A DNA stretch of 64,000 nt from contig NC_043000.1 in assembly GCF_006345805.1 (NCBI RefSeq), positions 44,640,001 through 44,704,000 on the forward strand. The letters run 5' to 3'. Position numbers and translations under genes: made by a program. The stretch comes from Octopus sinensis. Its lineage: Eukaryota. Shown here piece after piece: positions 53,641-64,000 of the stretch. How positions within the stretch are numbered: the stretch's first letter is position 1; every line of letters starts with the position of its first letter. Under the pieces are notes generated by a model. The model saw only the letters and a list, made by a program, of their open reading frames with translations, made no database searches and was not told the origin of the DNA.

Positions 53641-54599
53641 CTAATAAAAATATTTGTGAACAGTGCATGTAGAAATATTTGAATATAATTTTCCACCAAC
53701 AAAAATCCTTTCTCCTTTAAGCAATGCCAACTCAAAAGAATTGTTGACATTTGGACATTATTTATAAATAGAATGGGTAAAAAGTAATGCATAATTAATC
53801 AATATGATAAAATAAAATATACATACCTCACACAACTTCACTACTTCTGATACTGCATTGCTAAATAGGGATCTGATAAACACGTAAAGAGAAATATCGA
53901 AAACCAATATTAATAAAAAAAATTAAAACTTAAAACGAGTGATAGAAAGCTCTAGCAATTTCTGCTTGAATAGAAATTGAATCCCAGGGTGGACAAAAAA
54001 TAAATGAAATATTAATTGTAATACCGACAGGGTTTATAAAGCTTAAACTAAAGTTTAAATAAAATTTTAGCTAGCTATCAACATAATGTTTGGCTTAGCA
54101 ATAATTAAACATACGTGTATGTGTATGAAATATCCTTTTCATGTGAAAGGTTTAAAATAGTAAATGTACTTGTAATAACTACAGTGATTTCTAACTTTCT
54201 ACTTCGATTTTTGGTAATTCGTGTTTATGTCAATAGCTGAAGTGTTTGACAATATTGAATTTATCCCACCTCCAAACCTCGATCAGCCAAAAAATTAATA
54301 TAAATAAAAACAAACATTGTTGTTTTCCTTTAACATCCTTTTCTTTTATATTTGGGAACTTCTACAGAAATATGCCCAAACATGTTGTATGCATTTTTTG
54401 ATGTAAAGAAATCTATCACTCCCCACCATAATCATCATTATATATTTTCCCACCAACCACTTCTACTCTTCCATTAGATTTTTACTTTTTCTTTTTTTCT
54501 CATTTTTTTTTTCTTTTACTTTTATTAATTTCATGTTTGAAGTACTTAACTACAATTTCCTCCCTCAATTCTATATGTTCCCTTTGAATGTTTTAGAAC

Positions 54600-55370
54600 T
54601 GGATCTCATCATAATCATGGCGACGACAACTGCCACCATCATAAATATCACCACCACCATAGCGACCGCTGCCATCGTCATCATCATCATCATTGTTATT
54701 TTAATATTTATTCGGCTATCTTATCTTTTCACACAATTCGATCCACAGAATGTTGATAACAAGCACTTCATTGTCGCTATAAAAATTACAATGACAATAA
54801 ATTATGTTGAATTAATTTAATTACTTTATTTCCAACACCGCAACCGCCAACACCAGTGCCTTTCCCATCACCTTTGTTATGAGTAATCCCAAACCCTAAA
54901 CCACAATACCTTTACCACCAAAGCCTTCACTACCACTTCAGCAACATCCTGATTAATCCTATGATGATAAACAATATGGTGATGCCATCATCATCATTAT
55001 CATCTTTAGGATCTTCAACATTACTCATTTTCATTATAGTTTCCCTATCAACCTTAAAATAATCATCATATCTATCAGAATAAACACCTCCAAAAAGAGA
55101 ATTATCATCAACGGAAGCATTATCATTGTTGTGTTCTTGTTATTATCATTTCAATTGCCAGCAACGCAAACTCCTCCCTCTTCCTCATCATCACCATAAT
55201 TTTTTTCCTTCATTAAAATTATCGTCATCTTAACTATCATCTATATTTGAATATAAATAACATTAGTGATAATAAATACCCTTATCAGAAATATGATTTT
55301 CATTGTCCTCAATAACTACCTCCGTTATCCATTGACATTATCAATATCAATATTAATACCATCATCAACA
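54600..55370. repeat. Highly degenerate (ATC/ACC)-type low-complexity region
   Basis: Enriched in catcatc/accacc motifs. Confidence 0.55.
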
Positions 55371-55847
55371 CTATTTATTTCTCACCAACGTCGATAATAC
55401 AGCTACAATAACATGAATAAAGAAAACGGATAGCAAAATCGTTAGTACTGGTAATAATGTCTTATCACCTTCATTGAAATACTTATTGGCTTCAGCTCCT
55501 TGTGCTTTGAGTTCAAACACTGAAAATGTCAACGGTGGACTGGTAGAATATTGGACCAAATCCATTGTAGTTTTAGTTCGGAACACAAATAACCAACTTC
55601 GAGAAATATGTCGGAGAAATTGAAATTCACATAAGGAAATGCATGACTCCAAAGCTGCTCTGTTGAGGATAACTAGGATTTTTCATATTGGTAACTGGGT
55701 GTATCTTCCATAAAACTTGACGCCTAAGTATCTAGACTTATAATTTAGTTAGATAGATCTTGTTAGTCCTTTGACAACAGGATGCTATCCGCTCCCCCAG
55801 GATTAATCAGACCAAGTAATATTGAGAGCAGTGAGAAGTAAAACGTG

Positions 55848-56815
<968 letters not shown>

Positions 56816-56838
56816 ATAATAATAATAATAATAATAAT

Positions 56839-57054
56839 ACTCCTTTCTACTATAGGCAGGCACAAAGCCTGAAACATGGGGGAGGGGCTAGTCGATTACA
56901 TCCATCCCCAATGCGTAACTGGTACTTAATTTATCGACCCCGAAATGATGAAGGTCAAATCAACCTTGGTAAAATTTAAACTCAGTACGTAGCGACGGCC
57001 GAAATACTGCAATGCATTTCGTCCAGCGTACTAACGATTCTGCAAGCTCGCCGT
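56839..57054 (-). mobile_element. SINE family B monomer
   Basis: Reverse-complement similarity to family B (gtaactggtacttaatttatcgaccccgaaa...ctaacgattctgcaagctcgcc). Confidence 0.85.
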
Positions 57055-57076
57055 TTTAATAATAATAATAATAATA

Positions 57077-57128
<52 letters not shown>

Positions 57129-57134
57129 TTTATA

Positions 57135-59505
57135 AGATTGAGGCAACTCCTCCAGAATATATAGAAGCAAAAGATAGAGAAGTAAGTGTAGGAATTTTAG
57201 AATAAAATTTGGGAAGAAGAAAAAAACACAATAAAAAGGCTCCTTAGATTGATAGAATATCTACTGACCTAGACTCCTTAGAAGAGCAAAAGTGGGAGTG
57301 TATCACGGTAGATGTAAGATCAGTTCTCAGGACGTCAAACAAATGGAAGTCTTCAGGAAAGGATAAGTTTCCTAACTTTTGGTTGAATGCCTTCTCAGAG
57401 AGTCATGAAATGCTAACAAAACTTTACAACGATGTTTTGTAGCAAGCTCTTGGCTAGTTAATGGTGTTACATTCCTACTTCCAAAGAGTGAAGAAACAAA
57501 TGAAACAAAATATTATAGACCCATTACCTGCATAACAACAATGTATAAAATATTAACACCTGTCTTGATTGAATATACCTATAGTTTTTTAATAGGAATT
57601 ACGTATTCCCTATTGAGCAAAAAGAATGTAAAATTGAGTCCTATGTTTGTAAAGATCATCAATAACAGGATCTTGGAAGATTACTAAAAACCACACAAAA
57701 ACTTGTCGACAGCCTGCTTAGACTATAAAAAATGCTTTTGATAGTCTACCATAAAGCTGGATCAAGAAACGTCTGGAAACGTATTAAATAGCACCTACTC
57801 TGCGAAACTTTTTGTCTGTAAGTATGAGATCAAGGAGAACCACACTGACTTTGAACGTTGACAAGAAATCTCTCAATGCTGGAGATGTGAGAATTTCATG
57901 TGGCATGTTCCAGGGTGACACTCTACCCTGAATCCTCTTTTGTCTAGCCTTAATACCTCTCTCAAAATTGTTCGATGATGTACAATATGACTATAACATG
58001 TTTGATAAAAATATAAATCATCTCTTTTACACGACTTTGCAAAAACATTACCAACAACTACAGGGCTTACTACCAGTTGTTAAACATTTCTGTGATGACA
58101 TCAAGATGCAATTTGGCCTCGATAAATGTGCAAAAGCTACCTTTAACAAAACAAATTGACAGAAACATCCAACGCTAAGCTTGAGCAGCAGAATGTCATA
58201 AAGGAGTTAGAACCGGCGGAGAGCTACAAATATCTGGGAGTATTTGAAGGTGATGGAATCAAACATTCAATGATGAGGGAAAGGATTAGAAGATAATTTA
58301 TCGCAGTGTAAGGACAATACTCAAGGCAGAGCTGAAGGCAAGAAACAGGATCGAAATGATGAATATGTTGGCCATACCGGTCGTGACTTACAGTTCAATA
58401 TCATTAACTGGTCAATTACTGAAATATGTAAACTTGACAGAAAAATACGGATAAAATTGACAATGCATAGAGTGCACCACCCTATGGCAGATACAGAACG
58501 ACTTTACCTACCAAGAAAAGACGTGCTGCAAACAAGCACAGAAAAAGCTAAGCGTATGAAAACCTATGCTAAAGCTGCTGCTTTAGATATTCCTACTGAT
58601 AAATGGCAACAAAAACCTCTCAATGGCAAATACGCAAAGAGAACTAATAATGCCGATGTTGACAAAGCTCTTACCCATCAATGGTTAGTGTGTTCTGGCT
58701 TAAAATCAGAAACAGAAGAGTTTGCCACGGCATCCCACGATCAATGCCTACCTACAAGGAGCTACTAGATCAACATGTTTAAGAACGGCAACTTCCCAAC
58801 ATGTAGACAACAATATAAAACCATATATTATGTTGTTTCCATGTGCAGCTTTCTTGTGCCTACATAATATCTCAAAAGTCATGACAGAGCAGCACAGTAT
58901 ATTCACTGGGTAGTTTACAAAACACTGGACCATGATAAAAACTGGTGGGAACACAAACCACCACCAGTGCTTGAAAATGATGACTCCTTACTCCTCTGGA
59001 ACTTCACCATTCGAACTGATAGAAAGATAGAAGCGAATAGGCCGGACATTTTCTTGAAGGACTTTAGACAAAAATCATGCCTATTCATTGATATCACTGT
59101 CCCAATCGACATATGTGCATCTGCCAAGACCTACCAAAAACAGAGCAAGTATAGAGATCTTAAAATAGAAATTGGCAAAATGTGGAGCTTCAAAAGTAAA
59201 AGAATACCTGTTGTCATAGGTGCCCTAGGAATGATAGCAAAAGGGGCTGATTCCTACGTAGCGCAGATACCAGGAAACCCCAAAATAGAAGAAATTGAAA
59301 AGATAGTGATGATGGGAATTGCCCATATCCTATGTAATGTACTGTCCAAGTAATCTCGAATTTTACAAGTTTATAATTTTCTTGTTTTCTTAAACATTCT
59401 CCAGAACAAAATTATGTGCGAAACCGAATATATGACACCCTAGTTGTCTCTTGAGATCTCTGGGTAAAACTTGCACAAACACAAAGCAAAAGTCAAACAT
59501 ATAAC

Positions 59506-59506
<1 letters not shown>
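57135..59506 (+). mobile_element. Second R4/Dong-type LINE family, 5'-truncated (RT plus RLE), decayed
   Basis: YRPITCITTMYKILT; DYKK/AFDS; GMFQGD; QFGLDKCAKATF; YKYLGV; RPDIFLKD...IDITVP...SKYRDLKIEIGKMW; VIGALG. Bounded by (TAA)n at 57058-57128 and 59507-59555. Confidence 0.92.
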
Positions 59507-59545
<39 letters not shown>

Positions 59546-59739
59546 TTAATAATAATAACAACTGATTGTATAACCTCGTAAAACTCGAGATTGCAAGTAT
59601 TTCGGAAATGGAAATGCGTCCGGTTTTCTTGCAGAATCTTTCCTCGACTATTGTCAATAGCTAGCGAGTTGGAAGGCGGAAAATATTCAGTAGGATTCCT
59701 TGATGATCAAATACAACCAGAGAAATGATGTCTTGCAAA

Positions 59740-60060
59740 AAGCAGTCAACAATCGGGGAATTACGGGAAGCGATGGCAAGCTACAAGGTGTAAAAATCGT
59801 CTGGTTTCGATGGTCAATCTGAGAAGTTTACTAATGCATGCTAGATTGACTTCAGACCACTTGGCAGAAATCTTTCGCAAATAGTAGCAGAAGTGATGAA
59901 TTCCTAGTGTGTTATGAGTTGAGGAGAAAAGTGCAGCCGAAAAAACATTTAAAGAAAGGAATCGAATACTTTTCGGAATATAACAGTGTTGTGCAGATTT
60001 TAAAATTTTGCTCAAACCGGTTGGGAACTGTCATCGATGGTCTGATTGGGGTTCCAATCT
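59740..60060 (+). mobile_element. Tx1/L1-type LINE RT N-terminal fragment
   Basis: Frameshifted ELREAM...KSSGFDG, TFRNITVL/ADFKIL and RLGTVIDGLIG resemble KSPGxDG, NFRPITLLNxDxKIL and RL..V...L.G. Confidence 0.65.
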
Positions 60061-62324
60061 TCTGTAAGTGTACAGCATTGAGCTTTCTTTGTCATCTTTA
60101 AATTCTGCTGTCGTCATCTTTGGTGTCCTTTCTCTGGAATCGACAAAGTTCTGAAGTACTGCGATCCACCGTACCAGTTAGTCGCAATCTTTCAGCAGTT
60201 GTTTACTTGTGCCTAAATCAGAAACACAGGGAAAAGAAATGAGTGTATCGGTAGGGTATGAGAAGAAATTCCTTCCGGTAGTTATTGCTGTGCATTACGT
60301 TTTGTGTTCAAACCACGCCGTTGAGAGAATTTGATAGAGTAAGCATGTAATCATGTGACTAAATGCAGCCGGGCATTTCATATGGAAACATTGATTTCTG
60401 CTTCTGGCAGAAAAATATGTTTTAGTGCGGTCACATTTGCTAAAACCCTCACCGCTGTAATAACATTTACTTATTCAAATGCTTGCATTGAAAAATAAGA
60501 TTAAGCTAGTAGCAGCACGGTTTTGAACTCATGTTAAAAAATGTGATGTAATGAAATAACATACAAAGGAACAACTCCGACTCTCTACATCCCTGTTCAC
60601 ATCCTCTCTGTAAATATATTAAATATAGCTTAGTAACATTTCAGGTATTAATATTAAAATATGTCTCTATTTTTTTTTTATTTCACATTCAAGGTTTGAT
60701 TTTATAATTTATATCTTCCTATTTAATTGAATGTCAAATTAATTGAATTTCTATTTTAATTTTGCTTTTTATTTTCTTTCGCTTGTCTTTTGCTTTTTTA
60801 TTTTCTTTCGCTTGTCTTTTGCTTTTTACTTTTGATTTTGTATTGCTGTCTTATTTAAATATCTATTCTGCAATCTTATCTATTTCCAAGCCTCCATGCA
60901 ACAAGATTCCAAGTAATAACATGCTTTTGTATATTCAACAATCATTCATTGTTTTATTTGAGAAATACGGGGAAAACCATTTTTTAAAGGGGAATATAGC
61001 TTAAAAGAAATAAAATAAACAAAGATTATAAAGATTTAAATATATAAATAAAGGAACAAAGTAATTATGAGGCGCTTTAACTATAAACTTCATATTGCAG
61101 CGTTATTCTTTCTTATTTATATTTTTTGCGGAGGTTAATGAATGATACGTCAATTTATAATTACCACAAGAATAATCGGAGAATTTATTTCACAATGGCT
61201 GGATGGGAAAATATTTCTCTGATGTGTGCATTCTGCAGAATTTATGTTTGCAGCTGATTTGGCAATTACTGGAATAATTTAGTGAATAATCTTTACCTTT
61301 CGGAACTGAAGTGAGTGAAGCAAGAATCAAAATTGATTTTCCAATTAGATTAAGCAAATACAATGCATTTAAATTTGAAAATCTTTTATTGAAGTGACAG
61401 CAACATGACCAAGCAGCCTTGCAGTAAATTATATTTTGATATTTCACATTCTCTCTAACACACTCATGCACTCACACTATCCCCACACCCAAATCTCTAC
61501 CGCAAGCTTTCTCTTGTACTTTGCTTATTACTTTCCCTCTCTCATTCTGTCTCTTTCTCTTTCACTGCATTTCCTACTGTTGATTTTTTTATCCACCAGT
61601 TATTTTAATTCGTTAAACCTGTTTGTGTTATTTAATTTCAGTAACTTTTGTTTTCCTTTTTTTACCGCAACTTATTATATTTACAAAATTCTTCTTTCAT
61701 TTATTTATTCATCACCATTATTTCTTTTTCTGCCTATTTTGCATTTTTTCGTTTTAGCAAAACGATAATTCTTTGATGATAGCACCGAAATAAAAAAAAA
61801 GACGAAAAGCGAAATATTGATAAAACAATCTCTATTAAAACATATTGGCAGAGGAAGATGCTTGCTTAATGGTTTTAATTTGATTTTTCTTTAAGTGTAT
61901 GTCAGTGCAGCAATACCACTGAATATTCTTATGAAGCTGACCTAAAGATTAGATATATGCTTGGCAGAGAAACTTAGATAATCCCTACGATATAAAAATC
62001 ATAGTTCATAAAAGCTGATCTGATATTGCAGCATAGAGGAATAACAACAAATCACTGTCTGTATACCTGTCTTTTTCAAAATTTACTTTCTTTCCATCCA
62101 TCTTTCTTTTTGAATCTTTCTATAAATAGATCTTTCTTGATTTCGATGATCCATATTACAGATGCGTGATTTTTCTGTAATACGTATCGTCGACAATGGA
62201 CTTCCTGAATGCCAATCATTAAACTTCAATTACATGTCAATCAGCGAGCCAGAGCAGATAATGGAAGAGAAGGAAAAAATATCACGCTGTTAAACATTCC
62301 CATCAGTTGCTATCCGGTGATCAG

Positions 62325-62609
62325 CATATGGCGTAGTGGTTAAGAGCGCGGACTACTAACTCCAACATTCCGAGTTCGATTCCAGTCAGTGACCTGAATA
62401 ATCATGATAATAATAATAATAATAAGAAGAAGAAGAAGAAGAAGAAGACGAACAACAACAACAACATCGAAAAATACTTATGAATGAGAACGCAGGTTCG
62501 TCATTTCCCCAAGACACCTGATGAAGGCTGGAGGGTATTTCAGCCGAAACGTTGTGTTAACAACAAACAAGATGAGGACAAATATCCGTCAATTGTAAAT
62601 AATGTAAAT
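62325..62609 (+). mobile_element. Short element: tRNA-like Pol III head, microsatellite spacer, hammerhead ribozyme and AT-rich tail
   Basis: A box TGGCGTAGTGG (62329-62339); B box AGTTCGATTCC (62373-62383); HHR at 62513-62558. Confidence 0.75.
62513..62558 (+). ncRNA. Minimal type I hammerhead ribozyme motif
   Basis: gacac CTGATGA a GGCTG-gagggtattt-CAGCC GAAAC GTT gtgtt. Helix I is 5 bp (one G-U), helix II 5 bp; palindromic AACGTT stands in place of helix III; triplet GUU. Confidence 0.8.
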
Positions 62610-62689
62610 TCTCTAATTGTTTGAATAAACGAAACCATTTAAATATTGAATTATACAAAATGCTGAGTTAAGTGATAAGCATTCTGTCG

Positions 62690-63390
62690 CATTAGCCCGG
62701 TAGCAGTAGTCGCTCTGGCGCTTCGAAGCAGACACAGGCTATGCTGTTCCTCCGTATCAGCAGCGCGGGTGGCAGCCGTTGTGGCAGCATTTCAAGATCT
62801 GCGATTAGCGCGCTGGTCTTCACTCTCGGGCGCTCGAGCAGCATCTTGTGAAGCTTGTGGGGAAAATAGGTGTAAGGCAGAGTAATCGAGTGGTTGTATG
62901 TGTTTCTGAAATGTGGGATTCACTACACTGTCCTATCCAGGAGGACTTCTAAGAAAGTTTTCGAGAAGGTTGCTTGCTTGTAGGAGCGAATGGACAGGCC
63001 GTTGCGACAGGGAAATCGATCACGTAAGTCAAATAACCCGCAGGGACACATGAACACGTGCGTAAGGGGATGGCCAATTGCCCGAGGTCACGAGAAGGGT
63101 GGGTACGCAATGGAGATCATATCTCGGTCGAACTGCAATAAGTGGCTGACCCGTCAACGGTAGCTCGTTAACGCCGGTCTGCATTTTCCTGCGATGTGAA
63201 ATGCGTAATTCTGCAATATAATGTAGCCCAGGGTTTCCTCAGGTAAAAGATGGCAATGGAAGGTAAGACATACATCAGAAGCCTGAAAGCGGCCTGCCCC
63301 CGCTATAGAACGTTTGAGGGTAACATGGGCGCCGTAGCAGTCGAAAGTAATGTTTTAGTAGCGGTCTTACCACGGAGTCTAACCTAAAAT
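62690..63390 (-). other. GC/CpG-rich segment with a stop-poor minus-strand frame; unidentified, probably transposon-derived
   Basis: About 230 codons with four internal stops (…LLQFDRDMISIAY…KQATFSKTFLEVLLDRTV**IPHFRNTYNHSITLP…ALIADLEMLPQRLPPALLIRR…); no motif recognised. Confidence 0.3.
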
Positions 63391-64000
63391 TGATTATTGG
63401 AAGAAGCTATTGGAAATCCCATGAAACGGCAACGTATAAATACTGCAATTTTTTGCCGATTCCATACTCAGTGAATCGAGCTAAGTGCAATGTAAATCGG
63501 TACATGTGTTGACTGCATTAACTGAGTTCAAATGTTGCCTTAACTTCGAAGCACTTTGAATGCAGTAAGCAAAAACGCAGTATCTTAATTGTCGAAGTTT
63601 CAAAGGATATACGGTACTGCAGTCAGGAAGTGGATTTCAAAACCTTGAAGTGTTTTCCAACGCGGAAACGCAATGATCTCCGCCTAGAAATGAACAGTGT
63701 CTTACAATGGATTTGGATGCACAATTTTAAGCATTGGACTTGGCAAGAACTAAAAAATGTGTGCTCCAAATGGAGTGGATTAGCGTTAGTATGTTTGAAT
63801 AAAAGTTTGGCAACGGAAGTTTGTAACGTAGTAGTGAACTGAGCCCCAGATGACTTTTGCTTAATTAAGTGCGACAAAAGAGTGTCAATAGTGATGATGC
63901 ACGCATTGTTGTCTCTACCACTTAAGTAACACCATATGCAGCAACTAAGGCGTGGGTATGGTTAACAAAGAGTCACAGACACACAAACTCAATTTTATAA

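Noticed and set aside
62162-62293. Possible exon after a pyrimidine-rich acceptor (MRDFSVIRIVDNGLPECQSL...)
   Set aside because: Only 43 codons; the resemblance of VDNGLP to cadherin motifs is too short to mean anything.
62325-62395. tRNA gene
   Set aside because: A and B boxes are present, but no complete cloverleaf or acceptor stem can be drawn; treated as a SINE-type head. The same applies to the heads at 7382, 10470 and 11736.
63630-63842. 70-aa Trp-rich ORF
   Set aside because: No motif recognised; it lies near the window edge and is too short to support a call.

Overview
This is AT-rich eukaryotic non-coding DNA, dense in (TA)n, (CA)n, (TATG)n and (TAA)n microsatellites and decayed transposons. 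The SINE, LINE and mariner families look like those of octopus genomes; this is recognition from memory, not a database hit. I find no intact host protein-coding gene. Almost all ORFs in the supplied track are microsatellite translations, antisense frames or fragments of dead transposon genes. Recognisable elements are: three families of tRNA-derived SINEs; a complete but mutated mariner with both TIRs (11842-13025); other mariner and DD37D (maT) remnants and MITEs; R4/Dong-type LINEs sitting in (TAA)n tracts; RTE, CR1 and Tx1/L1 fragments; an internally deleted Gypsy; a Helitron Rep fragment; and several Penelope-like (PLE) remnants. The most interesting signal is a set of type I hammerhead-ribozyme (HHR) motifs in short, sequence-unrelated repeats. 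One lies downstream of a tRNA-like Pol III promoter (62325-62609). Several long fold-back palindromes also occur, and two of them have GAAAC-palindrome-GTH motifs flanking the axis. All ribozyme activity and family assignments are inferences until tested.
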